Part shown: one piece after another, positions 31,303 to 42,055 of the stretch
Numbering within the stretch: position 1 is the first letter of the stretch
How the letters are laid out: each line of letters opens with the position of its first letter
From: an uncultured delta proteobacterium
Lineage (GTDB): Bacteria > Desulfobacterota > Desulfobacteria > Desulfobacterales > QNYZ01
Length of the DNA: 64,000 bases
NCBI GenBank assembly: GCA_963845145.1
Contig: CAWJQU010000003.1
Location: 32,001 to 96,000 of the forward strand
Reading direction: 5' to 3'
Made by a program: the position numbers and the translations under genes
The notes under the pieces: generated by a model
The model's database searches: none
The model's input: the letters and a program-made list of their open reading frames with translations, nothing else
What the model was told of the DNA's origin: nothing

Positions 31303-31444
31303 GAGCCGATTTCAAAACGTCCCATTTTGCCCAATCTCTGCGTCTGGCTCAAATTTTAATCCTCGAAATACCCAATGTATTCCTCTGATTAAAATTTACG
31401 CCATCCTTGACCTTGAACAAACTGAAACGTTTTGAAAATGGCTC
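31303..31444. repeat. ~142-bp nested palindromic (MITE/REPIN-like or structured RNA) element, copy 1
   Basis: Outer IR GAGCCGATTTCAAAACGT/ACGTTTTGAAAATGGCTC (16/18), inner IR AAATTTTAATC/GATTAAAATTT, apical AATAC/GTATT. Confidence 0.85.
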
Positions 31445-31458
31445 TTTTAAAAAAGAAA

Positions 31459-31950
31459 TTATCCAATTGAAAAAGTATCATATCGATAAAGTCCAATCAA
31501 CGCGAGACCCAGTGCATCTGAGGCATGGTCAGGGGTTATGACTTTACTTCGGTTTAAACTGTTTCGTACCGCTTTCTCCAGCTGTTTTTTGGAAGCGTTT
31601 CCATTGCCCGTTAAAACCTGTTTGGCTTCACGTACCGGTATTTCTCGAATGGTCACCCCGAAATGGCTGCCGGCCAGCATAATGACACCGGCCACTTTGG
31701 CCAGATTGATTCCTGATGCGGGATAGCGTTGAAGTGAAAAAACTTCTTCGATCACCAGTAAATCTGGTTTTTGATCTTCTAATACCGAAAGTAGCCGCGT
31801 ATAGATCGTTTTCAGACGGGTCGGTAAAGCGTGCGCTTTTTCGGTTTGAATGCATCCAAAGGAATATCCCTGGACTTTAGTTCGGTGCCCAGCCACCACG
31901 CCCACACCTGTGGCGGCAAGACCGGGGTCGATCCCAATAATTTTAGCCAT
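31459..31950 (-). CDS. ruvC: crossover junction endodeoxyribonuclease RuvC
   Basis: IIGIDPG, IEEVF, GNASK and DHASDAL. Confidence 0.95.
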   Translation of the reverse strand: MAKIIGIDPGLAATGVGVVAGHRTKVQGYSFGCIQTEKAHALPTRLKTIYTRLLSVLEDQKPDLLVIEEVFSLQRYPASGINLAKVAGVIMLAGSHFGVTIREIPVREAKQVLTGNGNASKKQLEKAVRNSLNRSKVITPDHASDALGLALIGLYRYDTFSIG

Positions 31951-32145
31951 GACCTACTCTGATGTCTATACCGGGATATACGTGCAAAAAAGACCTACGC
32001 GACAATTGTTTTGTCCTTTGGTGATCTTTTTGGCCATTGGTGGCATTGAGAAGCAGGAACAGACCTTTTCTTAGATGAAAACGAGAAGAGGGAAAGATAA
32101 TTAATCGTTTTTTTTCGTTATTTGTTGCCGCCGAAATACCAATAC

Positions 32146-33027
32146 CTAAAACTCTTTTATCTTCTTTCCCGCAATCTGGGCAGCCTTGGCTTTCGGGTAT
32201 TTTTTTATAAGCTCTTTTAGGATCAAACGGGCATTGGCTTTATCGCCTAATTTGTAAAAAGCCAGGCCCTGCTTAAGCATGGCATCCGGCGCTTTGTTGC
32301 CCTTAGGATATGTCTCGATAACTTTCTGGTATTCGAGAATCGCCTTCTCATACCATTGCTCACGATAAAAAACCTCGGCAATCCAGAACTGGGCGTTATC
32401 GGCATTATTAGATTTTGGGTACTGTTTCAATAAGGTCTGAAACAGTTCTCGGGCCGTTTCATCATCGCCATTATCAAAAGCCAACTTGGCTTTCTGATAA
32501 AGTTCGGCCTCATTGGTGGGTGGCGTCGACGCCGGCGTCTCTTCTGCAACGCTCGGCGTGCTATCCGGTGTACTATTCCGGGAGCTATCTGAAACGGATC
32601 GTTCGATGTTCAGATATTGTTCGAGATATTCGATCCGTTTTTTCGACTCGGCCATGGATTTTTCCAGCAGTTCCACCCGTTGTGAGTAACGGGTGTCGGC
32701 CTGTCCTGAGGTGCCCAGTTCCTGGTTGAGCCGATGTTCCATCTCTTCCAGTTGCCCCTTGAGCTCTCGTGTTTCCTGGCGCATGCCGTCCAGCGTAGCC
32801 GTTAAGGTGGCGGATTGGTTGCGCGTTTGTTGCGCATCATCCTTATAAGCCGACAATTCACGGGAAATGACATCACGACTGTTTTTCAACGCACTATTTT
32901 GCTGCTGGACCTGTTGTTCCAGATTGTAAAGCCGCTCGTCTATGGGATAGAGGTCCTGCGGTGTTACACACCCGGATAAACCAACGACCAGCAGCAAAAG
33001 CACGTATATTAGAAAAATGCGTATCAT
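32146..33027 (-). CDS. cpoB: Tol-Pal system protein YbgF/CpoB
   Basis: Lipobox LSGC, coiled coil, C-terminal TPR (ADNAQFWIAE..AILEYQKVI); lies directly after pal. Confidence 0.9.
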   Translation of the reverse strand: MIRIFLIYVLLLLVVGLSGCVTPQDLYPIDERLYNLEQQVQQQNSALKNSRDVISRELSAYKDDAQQTRNQSATLTATLDGMRQETRELKGQLEEMEHRLNQELGTSGQADTRYSQRVELLEKSMAESKKRIEYLEQYLNIERSVSDSSRNSTPDSTPSVAEETPASTPPTNEAELYQKAKLAFDNGDDETARELFQTLLKQYPKSNNADNAQFWIAEVFYREQWYEKAILEYQKVIETYPKGNKAPDAMLKQGLAFYKLGDKANARLILKELIKKYPKAKAAQIAGKKIKEF

Positions 33028-33067
33028 GGCCTCGAATCTATCTTATTCTTTTCAGTTAAAAGGAATA

Positions 33068-33625
33068 TTACTTAATGACAAATTGAGCCCTTCTGTTTTT
33101 TGCCCAGCCCCCCTCTCCGCTTCCCATATCGAGAGGTCGTTCTTCACCGAAGCTTACCGTCGTCAAGCGTGATGCATCAACACCCAGGCTGATTAAAAAC
33201 CTTTTGGCGCTCTCGGCCCGACGGTCGCCCAGAGCCAAGTTGTACTCAATCGTCCCTCTTTCATCGCAATGACCTTCAATAACCGCCCGATTGTCCGGAT
33301 TTTGCTGCAGCCAGACCGCTTTTTCCTTAAGGTTTTCCTGGGCCATATCGTCAAGGATAGAGCTGTCATAAGCAAATTGTACATGTGCGTTTTCAAACAT
33401 ATCCCGGGCCTTTTTCATCATTTCGGCCTTAAGCGCTTCTTCTTTCATTCGTTGTTCTTCGAGCTTTTTTTGCCGTTCCAGCTCCGCCTTTCTTGCCTTT
33501 TCAGCGGCATCGCCAGTTTCCATCGCGGAACCTTTTTTAACGGCCTTTTTCGCACATGACGTTGTGAGCAGCAGGCCGGGGACGACCAATATCAACGCCA
33601 TGACGATCCACATTGTTTTACGCAT
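33068..33625 (-). CDS. pal: peptidoglycan-associated lipoprotein Pal
   Basis: [22 protein letters not shown] and NRRA. ATG 33625 follows AAGGAGG. Confidence 0.96.
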   Translation of the reverse strand: MRKTMWIVMALILVVPGLLLTTSCAKKAVKKGSAMETGDAAEKARKAELERQKKLEEQRMKEEALKAEMMKKARDMFENAHVQFAYDSSILDDMAQENLKEKAVWLQQNPDNRAVIEGHCDERGTIEYNLALGDRRAESAKRFLISLGVDASRLTTVSFGEERPLDMGSGEGGWAKNRRAQFVIK

Positions 33626-33699
33626 GTTCTCTCCTCCTTGTTTACATTTGGTAGTACTCAAAAGACGTAATTACCACATCCATTGGCCAGTTGATTCTA

Positions 33700-35052
33700 T
33701 TATGAGTCCTGGCCCATGACATTCCCAGACCATTTGGGTTCACTCTGTTTTCCGGGAAGATCGATTAACCGCCGTTCATCCGTCCCGTAGGCGGTCATAA
33801 TATAGATTCTTGATGTTCCTTCACGATTGGTACTGAACACAATCAGGCTGCCATCCGGTGACCACGAAGCGGACTCACAATCCCCCCCGTTTTGGGTTAA
33901 CTGAACAAGACCGCTGCCATCCGTGCCAATCACGCGGATATTTAAACCACTTTTGTCCATGGCGCTAAATGCGATTCGGTCTCCAAGGGGTGACCAAGCC
34001 GGCTGAGTATTGTTTTTACCGTCAAATGTCAAGCGCCGCGTCTTACCTGAAGCGATTTCCTGGATATAGAGCTGCGGCGAACCGGCACGTTTTGAAACAA
34101 AGGCGATTTGCTTTCCGTCCGGAGACCAAGCCGCAGAGACATCAATACCCTTACTTTGAGTCAACCTTTTAGTAATTTTTCCAGTTTCGGTCAATAGATA
34201 AATTTCCGGGTCTCCCTCAAACGACAAGGTCGCAGCCAATTTCAGTTGCCCCGGCATCCAGCTAGGCGCAATATTGATTCCCTTTTTAGAAATCACGGCG
34301 CCGATCTTTTTTTGGATATGTTTAATATAAAGGTCCGGCTTACCTTTCGCATAAGATGTATATGCCAGCCACTGGCCGTCGGAGGACCACGCCGGTGAAA
34401 GGCTAATATTTTTGTGATGCGTCACCCGGACCGGGTCCTTGCCGTCAAAATCGCAAACAAATATCTCTTTTTTGCCCTCAACCGTGGACACGAACGTAAT
34501 TTTGCTGTCAAACAGACCGCGATTGCCGGTTAAGGTAAAAATGACCTCACCACAAAACCGTCGAATGATGCGCCGCAAATCCGCCTGGCGCCCTTTATAA
34601 CGTTTGCCCACAAGCAATTCACCTTTAAAGGTGTCAAACAGTCGCAACTCCATGGTCAACAGTCCGGCTTCGAATGCAATCCCACCGGTCACCAGTAGCT
34701 CCGCCCCAATACCCGTCCAGTTTTTAAACGTAATCTCGCGGGCCAAAATATTGGGAGATTTAGGATCAACCAGATAAGCGGCTGAATCCAGCAACTTGAA
34801 ATAACCGGTGTATACCAGCATGTCGGAAAGCATCGTTGCAGCCCGGCCAGAAAGCTGGGTTTCTATGGGATTGCCGTTAAATGCTTTAAAAGCGGGGATG
34901 GCCGTTGGGATTTTTCGTAAGGCCGGGCTGTTAATGTCCACATAATCATAACGCGCGCCCATGGCCAACGGTACCGCGCAAAAGCAAATCAGTACTCCCG
35001 TTAGTAAGACCGATACGCTCCGAACAATGCCTTTTGTAGCAGCTATATGCAT
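33700..35052 (-). CDS. tolB: Tol-Pal beta-propeller protein TolB
   Basis: TolB N-domain and PD40 repeats (SPAWSSDG, WSPDG). Confidence 0.95.
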   Translation of the reverse strand: MHIAATKGIVRSVSVLLTGVLICFCAVPLAMGARYDYVDINSPALRKIPTAIPAFKAFNGNPIETQLSGRAATMLSDMLVYTGYFKLLDSAAYLVDPKSPNILAREITFKNWTGIGAELLVTGGIAFEAGLLTMELRLFDTFKGELLVGKRYKGRQADLRRIIRRFCGEVIFTLTGNRGLFDSKITFVSTVEGKKEIFVCDFDGKDPVRVTHHKNISLSPAWSSDGQWLAYTSYAKGKPDLYIKHIQKKIGAVISKKGINIAPSWMPGQLKLAATLSFEGDPEIYLLTETGKITKRLTQSKGIDVSAAWSPDGKQIAFVSKRAGSPQLYIQEIASGKTRRLTFDGKNNTQPAWSPLGDRIAFSAMDKSGLNIRVIGTDGSGLVQLTQNGGDCESASWSPDGSLIVFSTNREGTSRIYIMTAYGTDERRLIDLPGKQSEPKWSGNVMGQDS

Positions 35053-35101
35053 AGTGTATTCCTACTTTTTCAGACCTTTGGGGTTTATAATCTCATTTTT
35101 T

Positions 35102-36050
35102 TTATTTTACGCCTTCCGGTGTAAAAATCATGCCCAGTTCGTAAAACGGATAGCGATATCCCGGTGGTAAGGGTGGCAAGGGACTAGACTTTTGAATGGC
35201 CTTATAGGCGGAATCATCCAGATAGCGATTGCCCGATCGTTTTTCAAACCAGATATCGGCAATCTGGCCGTCCGGCATGATTTTTACCACCACTACGGCC
35301 TCTATTTTACCTATATTTCCAGCCAGTTGGCTTGAGAAAGCCCAATTTTCATTTATACGGTAAGGAATTTCCGCCCGGTAAATATCCATCATTTCAATCG
35401 CCCGGCGGCCGCCGACTAAACCGCTTTTACCCCCTGCGCCCCCGCCCTGATTGGCCATTTTCTTTTTCAACTGGTCTACCGGGCCGGTTTTTCCGACTTG
35501 TTTGCGTATATTATCGATCGCTTTTTTGACCTGCCGGGCATCGGAATCCTTGACCTTTTTTTCCAAACGGTCAATGGTTTTTTTCACGGTCTTTTGGGTT
35601 TGAAAGGTCTTTTTTTTAAGCGATTTTTTGGGCTTGTAAATCTTTTTTTTCGGCTTTTTGGTTGAAATGGATATGGCCGCTTTCGGCTCCGGTTTGGGCT
35701 CTTCGATTTTGGGCTTTGGCTTCTCAACCGGAACCGCTTTTTCTGGCTTGGGTTCCGGTGGCGGTTCTACCGTTTCGGCTTTTTTTTGAGTTTCTTCCGC
35801 CTTCGGTGCGGAAGTGGTTTCAATGGTTGTCGTCGATGCGGCGGGCCCAGGGAGAGAAACCATACGCACGCTGATGGCCGGTGGCAAAGACAAGGGGTCG
35901 TGGTGACCTGAATTTGGGAAGAATCACGGCAGTCAATACCAGCGACAGGTGAAGGGCCACCGACACTGCGACAAATAACACCAGGGACCAGGGATCTTCA
36001 GAGTGCCCGTATGCCGATGGACTGGATGCAACCGTTGGTCTCAGTCTCAT
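35102..36050 (-). pseudogene. tolA: TolA/TonB-family protein split by an apparent extra base at the G4 run 35894-35897 (possible sequencing error)
   Basis: The N-terminal TM with SVALH (S-H motif) is in ORF 35820-36050. The Lys/Pro-rich linker and TonB_C-like 'SGNRYLDDSAYKAI' are in ORF 35102-35893. Confidence 0.85.
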
Positions 36051-36490
36051 TTTTTTTCGGCTTTTGTCTCTTTATCCTCTGTCGCGGATTGAAGCGGTTC
36101 GGTCACCATACCGAGCTTCTCCACGCCGGCCCCTTGAATTTGGGCCATGATCTGGGCAACAATGCCGTAAGGCACCCGCTTATCCGCACGGAAAAATACT
36201 TCACGATCTTTTCTTCCGGCCAGGATGGCACTTAATTTTTCACTAAGATGATCCACAGTCAGCTTGAAGTCGTTGATGAAAACCTCATGGTTTTCATTGA
36301 CTGTAATAATCAAGTGCTCCTTTTCCGATTGTAATGGTTCGGCCGTTGTTTGAGGAAGGGTTACATCGACCCCCTGCACCATCATCGGTGCGGTGACCAT
36401 AAATATAATCAACAACACCAACATCACATCCACGAGTGGCGTCACATTGATATCCGCCATGAACCCATCGCCGTTACTGCTGAATGCCAC
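36047..36490 (-). CDS. tolR: TolR
   Basis: INVTPLVDVMLVLLIIFMVTAP and RADKRVPYG. Confidence 0.95.
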   Translation of the reverse strand: MAFSSNGDGFMADINVTPLVDVMLVLLIIFMVTAPMMVQGVDVTLPQTTAEPLQSEKEHLIITVNENHEVFINDFKLTVDHLSEKLSAILAGRKDREVFFRADKRVPYGIVAQIMAQIQGAGVEKLGMVTEPLQSATEDKETKAEKK

Positions 36491-36492
36491 GT

Positions 36493-37218
36493 CTATTTCC
36501 TCCTGCTGGCCAGGATGTCTCGTTCGACAATATTTAAAAAATCCGCTGAAAAACTCTGCAATTCTGTCTCAACCACGCGAATCTTTTGAGTAAAGTAATT
36601 AAAGGCGATGACGGCGGGGATGGCAGCCGCCAAACCGGCGGCAGTGGCGACCAACGCTTCAGAAATACCCGGGGCCACGACGGCAAGACTGGCCGATCCC
36701 CGCAAACCGATACCGTGAAACGAGTTCATAATTCCCCAAACCGTTCCGAAAAGTCCAATGAACGGTGTCGCATTTCCCGTGGTGGCCAAAAATGGAACCA
36801 GTTGATTCATTCGGGTCAGTTCCGTCGTTACCGATCGACGCAAAACCCGCTGAATACTTTCACTCCCCGAAAGATGGATAGTTAAAGGGGCTTTTTCGGC
36901 ATCGCCACTGGAACCATCCTTGTAGCCGGGTCTTTGCACCACCTTGCGCAATTCCAGATAACCGGCATGAAATACACGGGCAATGGGGCTGTTTTGAAAT
37001 TGGCGACATTTTGTATTGGCATCGGAAAGATCGCCGCTTTTCCAGAAATAGTCAATAAATTGAGACGATTCTTGAAAGGCTCGTCGAATATGGCGAAATT
37101 TTATAAAAATAATGGCCCAGGAAAAAACGGAAAAAAACAATAAAATGGCCAGAACTAACTGGACGACAATTCCGGCGCTCCGGACCATCTGAAAGAGGTC
37201 CATGCCCTGTGAAAACAT
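36493..37218 (-). CDS. tolQ: TolQ
   Basis: PFIGLFGTVWGIM and APGISEALVATAAGL. Confidence 0.96.
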   Translation of the reverse strand: MFSQGMDLFQMVRSAGIVVQLVLAILLFFSVFSWAIIFIKFRHIRRAFQESSQFIDYFWKSGDLSDANTKCRQFQNSPIARVFHAGYLELRKVVQRPGYKDGSSGDAEKAPLTIHLSGSESIQRVLRRSVTTELTRMNQLVPFLATTGNATPFIGLFGTVWGIMNSFHGIGLRGSASLAVVAPGISEALVATAAGLAAAIPAVIAFNYFTQKIRVVETELQSFSADFLNIVERDILASRRK

Positions 37219-37567
37219 CGCTTATTGGTCTCCTAAGAATGAATATTCCGTAACACTCAAGCGCCTGAGTCGGTATTCTCCGGTAAACATACGGTTTAAA
37301 TATCGCTTTACCGGAGAATATACGCGCCCCAAACAAAAATAGCCCAAAACAGATGATAGGTGGTTACGGGTAATTTGTGTGTCTGATTAGTACATATGCA
37401 AATTAAATGTCAAGCGGATAGGCAGGGTTACAACCCTCTGCGCCGGGCCGTTTCTATCGTCCGATCGAACTATCGGGCCTGATCTATTCGGCAAAATCAC
37501 CTTGACGAAAATGGGGAATTCGTATAGTAATATTTCCTTTTATTTTCACCTCAATAGGGAGGGTCGG

Positions 37568-38209
37568 ATGAACTGGCTCATCACCACCTTGAGCACATCC
37601 ATCGGGAAGAAATTATTGATGGCGGCAACAGGGCTGGGTTTTGTCTCGTTTCTGGCGGTTCACCTGGCCGGCAACCTCACCCTATACGCAGGAAGAGACG
37701 CCTTTATCTCTTATTCCGAGCATCTTCATGCCCTGGGACCCATTATTCACATCGCTGAAATCGGCCTGTTAACCATGGCGGTTATCCATGTATCCATCGG
37801 CACCTTGCTTTTCTTGCAAAACCGGTTGGCCCGATCTTCGCGTTACAAAATGGATGTTCGTGCCGGAGGGCGAACCATCGGCTCGGCCACCATGCCGTAT
37901 ACCGGTTTTGTTATTCTGGCTTTTGTCCTTCTTCATCTCCTTCAGTTTCATTTTGTCGACAAAACCCATACCAATATTTTCCAGATCGTTGCTGCGGCAT
38001 TTAACACCCCAATATATATGGTAATTTATACATTGGTCATGGGTGTTTTGGCCATCCACATTAGCCACGGGTTCTGGAGTCTTTTTCAAACCTTGGGTTT
38101 TAATCACGCCAAGTATTCACCGGCTATATTTGTCGCCGGCATTGCGATTAGCATTATCTTTGGAATCGGTTTCGGCTTTTTACCGATCTACGTCGCTTTC
38201 AGCGTTTAA
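37568..38209 (+). CDS. sdhC: succinate dehydrogenase/fumarate reductase cytochrome b subunit (b558 family)
   Basis: SIGKKLLMAATG, HLAGN and HISHGFWSLFQTLG; 5 TM segments. Confidence 0.92.
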   Translation: MNWLITTLSTSIGKKLLMAATGLGFVSFLAVHLAGNLTLYAGRDAFISYSEHLHALGPIIHIAEIGLLTMAVIHVSIGTLLFLQNRLARSSRYKMDVRAGGRTIGSATMPYTGFVILAFVLLHLLQFHFVDKTHTNIFQIVAAAFNTPIYMVIYTLVMGVLAIHISHGFWSLFQTLGFNHAKYSPAIFVAGIAISIIFGIGFGFLPIYVAFSV

Positions 38210-38218
38210 GGAGGCTGC

Positions 38219-40132
38219 ATGCAGCTCGACGCACACATTCCCGGCGGTCCTATCACCGAAAAATGGGACCGGCACCGTTTTGAACTTAAGCTCGTCAACC
38301 CCGCCAATAAACGAAAATTCGACATCATCGTGGTCGGTACCGGCCTGGCCGGCGGATCGGCCGCGGCATCTTTGGCCGAGTTGGGTTATCAGGTCAAAAA
38401 CTTCTGTATACAGGATTCGCCGCGTCGGGCCCACAGCATTGCCGCCCAAGGGGGCATCAATGCCGCCAAAAATTATACCAATGAGGGGGACAGCATCTGG
38501 CGGTTGTTCTACGATACCGTTAAAGGTGGCGATTTCCGTTCCCGGGAAGCAAATGTGTATCGGCTGGCCCAAATCAGCAATAACATTATAGATCAATGCG
38601 TGGCCCAGGGGGTTCCTTTCGCGCGCGATTACGGCGGTTTACTGGCCAACCGATCATTTGGCGGCGCCCAGGTCTCACGAACTTTTTACGCTAAAGGCCA
38701 GACGGGACAGCAGCTTCTGTTGGGCGCATATAGTGCCTTATCGCGCCAGGTGGCGGAAGGCAAAGTGACCTTGTATCCTCGGCGGGAAATGCTCGAACCG
38801 GTTATTATCAACGGCCGGGCTCGGGGGATTGTGGTTCGCAACCTTGTTACCGGCGAGATTGAAACCCACACCGCCCACGCCGTGGTCCTCTGCACGGGTG
38901 GCTATGGCAATGCATTCTTTCTTTCCACCAACGCCATGGGCAGCAACGTTACGGCGGCCTATCGCACGTATCGCCGAGGGGCGTTGTTTGCCAACCCCTG
39001 CTTTACCCAGATTCACCCGACCTGCATTCCGGTGCATGGATCGTATCAGGCCAAACTGACACTGATGAGTGAATCTTTACGAAACGACGGCCGCGTCTGG
39101 GTACCCAAGGACCCGAAGGATCAGCGTCGTCCGGGGCAAATCCCCGAATCGGAACGCTACTATTACCTTGAGGACAAGTACCCCAGCTTCGGCAATCTCG
39201 TTCCCAGGGATGTGGCCTCACGTAATGCCAAACTGCAATGTGACCAGGGTATGGGCGTGGGCGATACCGGACTGGCCGTCTATCTCGATTTTGCCGATGC
39301 CATCCAACGGGACGGGAAGGCCGCCATCGAGAAGAAGTACGGCAACCTGTTCCAGATGTATGACAAAATCATGGCCCAATCCCCTTATGAGGACCCAATG
39401 ATGATCTATCCGGCGGTCCACTACACCATGGGGGGCTTGTGGGTCGATTATAATTTAATGAGCACCATCGATGGCCTGTTTGTTATAGGAGAAGCCAATT
39501 TTTCCGACCATGGCGCCAATCGTCTGGGTGCCAGTGCACTGATGCAAGGCCTGGCGGATGGTTATTTCGTGCTACCTTACACCATTGGCGGATACCTGGC
39601 CGGCACGGAGCTGGAAGAGATCAACACCGACCATTCAGCATTTCGTGACACCGTTACCCTGGTTAAAGAGGGGGTTGAACGATTACTGGCCATCAATGGT
39701 CGACGAACGGCGGACGATTTTCACCGCCAATTAGGGTTGATCATGTGGGATTATTGCGGCATGTCACGCAATAATCAAGGTTTGGCCAAAGCCAAAGAGA
39801 TGATTCAGGAACTTCGCGCTGAATTTTGGGAAAATGTTCTGGTTCCCGGGAAATCGGCCGATTTCAACCAGAGCCTGGAACGGGCCGGCCGAGTGGCCGA
39901 TTTTCTCGAATTCAACGAACTGATGATCATTGATGCCCAGGCCCGACAGGAGTCCTGCGGCGGCCATTTTAATGAAGCCTATCAGACCGATGAAAATGAA
40001 GCCCTGCGTGATGATGACAATTTTTGCCATGTCAGTGCCTGGGAACATCGGGGAACGGAAAAACCACCCGAGCAACATATCGAACCGCTTACTTTCGAAC
40101 ATGTCCCCTTAACTCAAAGGAGTTACAAGTGA
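38219..40132 (+). CDS. sdhA: succinate dehydrogenase/fumarate reductase flavoprotein subunit
   Basis: [29 protein letters not shown] and HGANRLG. Confidence 0.96.
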   Translation: MQLDAHIPGGPITEKWDRHRFELKLVNPANKRKFDIIVVGTGLAGGSAAASLAELGYQVKNFCIQDSPRRAHSIAAQGGINAAKNYTNEGDSIWRLFYDTVKGGDFRSREANVYRLAQISNNIIDQCVAQGVPFARDYGGLLANRSFGGAQVSRTFYAKGQTGQQLLLGAYSALSRQVAEGKVTLYPRREMLEPVIINGRARGIVVRNLVTGEIETHTAHAVVLCTGGYGNAFFLSTNAMGSNVTAAYRTYRRGALFANPCFTQIHPTCIPVHGSYQAKLTLMSESLRNDGRVWVPKDPKDQRRPGQIPESERYYYLEDKYPSFGNLVPRDVASRNAKLQCDQGMGVGDTGLAVYLDFADAIQRDGKAAIEKKYGNLFQMYDKIMAQSPYEDPMMIYPAVHYTMGGLWVDYNLMSTIDGLFVIGEANFSDHGANRLGASALMQGLADGYFVLPYTIGGYLAGTELEEINTDHSAFRDTVTLVKEGVERLLAINGRRTADDFHRQLGLIMWDYCGMSRNNQGLAKAKEMIQELRAEFWENVLVPGKSADFNQSLERAGRVADFLEFNELMIIDAQARQESCGGHFNEAYQTDENEALRDDDNFCHVSAWEHRGTEKPPEQHIEPLTFEHVPLTQRSYK

Positions 40133-40896
40133 CCGAACGAACCCTCCGGTTGACATTAAAAATCTGGCGCCAACGAGGGCCTAAGGAAAAAGGCCGTTTG
40201 GAAACCTATCATACCGACTATATTTCCACGGATATGTCGTTTCTCGAAATGTTAGATGTGGTCAACGAACAGCTGACCAAGGACGGTCGGGAACCCATTG
40301 CCTTTGATCATGATTGTCGCGAAGGGATCTGCGGCACCTGTGGATCGGTGGTCAACGGTCGCCCCCATGGGCCTGAAAAAGCGACGACACTTTGCCAGCT
40401 TCACATGCGGCACTTTGCCGACGGCCAGACCATTGTCATCGAACCGTTTCGTTCCCGGGCCTTTCCAATCGTCAAAGACCTGGTCGTTGATCGTAGTGCT
40501 TTGGATCAGCTCATTCAGGCCGGTGGTTTTATTTCGGCCAATACCGGCGCCGTACCTGAAGCCAATGCCATTTTAGTTCCCCAGAAAAACGCCGAAGCCG
40601 CCATGGATGCCGCTGCGTGTATCGGTTGTGGGGCCTGCGTGGCGGCCTGCCCCAATGCATCGGCCATGCTTTTTGTGGGTGCCAAAGTGTCCCATCTCGG
40701 ATTGCTGCCGCAAGGCCGGCCGGAAGCCGCCGCGCGGGCGCTCGGCATGGTGAAACGGATGGACAAGCTTGGTTTCGGAAATTGCTCCAATGAACGCGAA
40801 TGTGAGGCTGAATGCCCCAAGGAAATCTCTATCATCAATATCGCACGCCTGAACCGTGAATTCATCAAAGCCGGCTTTTTCTCAACCCAAACATAA
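40129..40896 (+). CDS. sdhB: succinate dehydrogenase/fumarate reductase iron-sulfur subunit
   Basis: [21 protein letters not shown] and [15 protein letters not shown] start overlaps the sdhA stop. Confidence 0.96.
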   Translation: MTERTLRLTLKIWRQRGPKEKGRLETYHTDYISTDMSFLEMLDVVNEQLTKDGREPIAFDHDCREGICGTCGSVVNGRPHGPEKATTLCQLHMRHFADGQTIVIEPFRSRAFPIVKDLVVDRSALDQLIQAGGFISANTGAVPEANAILVPQKNAEAAMDAAACIGCGACVAACPNASAMLFVGAKVSHLGLLPQGRPEAAARALGMVKRMDKLGFGNCSNERECEAECPKEISIINIARLNREFIKAGFFSTQT

Positions 40897-40920
40897 AAAA
40901 CAACCACTTCGCATATTTAA

Positions 40921-42036
40921 ATGGCCGATATAAGACAACGGTATACCCAATTCATGGATGCTTTGAGCGGTCATCCGCTTGAAATCCTGCTGATTAAAGC
41001 GGTGGTTGTTCTGGCCGCCATCGTTCTATCATGGATAGTTTTAAAGTGGCTGGTACGGGTCATTGAACGCCGCTTGATCAAATATCCGTTCATCCAGGAG
41101 CATCGAAAGATATTCGGTGTCATTGAAAAACTGGGTAGCTACGCCTTGGTTCTGGTGGCCGGAACCTATTTCATCCAATTATTTGACATCCAGGCTTTCT
41201 CAAAACCCTTTTATGCTCTGCTAATCATCCTTGTGGCCACACCGGTCAAGAATTTCCTACTGGTGCTCAACACCTATCTCAACAAGCATGTGGCGGCTAA
41301 AACCTCAACCAAAGTCGATGATATCGTTTTCGATCTTTTGAACCGCCTGATCAGCATTATCGTCTACTGCACCGCCGCCATCCTGGCCCTCGATTTTCTG
41401 GGTGTGAATGTCCTACCGTTTATTGCCAGTGCCGGCGTAATCGGTATCGCCGTGGGGTTTGCCGCCAAAGACACCTTGTCCAACCTTATCGCCGGCGTAC
41501 TGCTACTGGTCGATCGACCCTTTGAGGTCGGTGACCGGATTCAACTATGGCAGGCGCCGCCGGGAGGCTCTTCCTGGGGCGATGTCGTCAATATCGGGCT
41601 ACGGGGAACTAAGATCAAAACCACCGATAATATTATTGTCGTGATTCCCAACAACTCGATCATGACCCGCGACATTATCAATTACACAGCCAATGATTCC
41701 ATTATTCGCGTGCGTATCAACATCGGTGTTGCCTACGATACGGATATTGAAAAAGCCAAAAAGCTGATCATTGACGTTGCCGCTACGGCGGAATGGATCC
41801 TTTCCAGCCCGGCCCCCAAAGTCGTTGTACGCAATTTTGGGGAATCGGCCATTGATATGCAATTACGGGTTTGGATTGCCGACGCCCGTCGCCGAATGGA
41901 TACGATTTCTTTCATCACGGATCATGTGAAAACGGTTTTTGGGAAAAAAGGAATTGAGATCCCCTACCCCAAACGGGAAATTCGCATAATAAACGAAACG
42001 CCCGCCCCGCCAACCACCGATCCAAATGACGCATAG
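40921..42036 (+). CDS. MscS family mechanosensitive channel
   Basis: GFAAKDTLSNLIAG, PFEVGD, IPNN and IEIPYP. Confidence 0.93.
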   Translation: MADIRQRYTQFMDALSGHPLEILLIKAVVVLAAIVLSWIVLKWLVRVIERRLIKYPFIQEHRKIFGVIEKLGSYALVLVAGTYFIQLFDIQAFSKPFYALLIILVATPVKNFLLVLNTYLNKHVAAKTSTKVDDIVFDLLNRLISIIVYCTAAILALDFLGVNVLPFIASAGVIGIAVGFAAKDTLSNLIAGVLLLVDRPFEVGDRIQLWQAPPGGSSWGDVVNIGLRGTKIKTTDNIIVVIPNNSIMTRDIINYTANDSIIRVRINIGVAYDTDIEKAKKLIIDVAATAEWILSSPAPKVVVRNFGESAIDMQLRVWIADARRRMDTISFITDHVKTVFGKKGIEIPYPKREIRIINETPAPPTTDPNDA

Positions 42037-42055
42037 AGCGGCCCGCCGGTTAACA

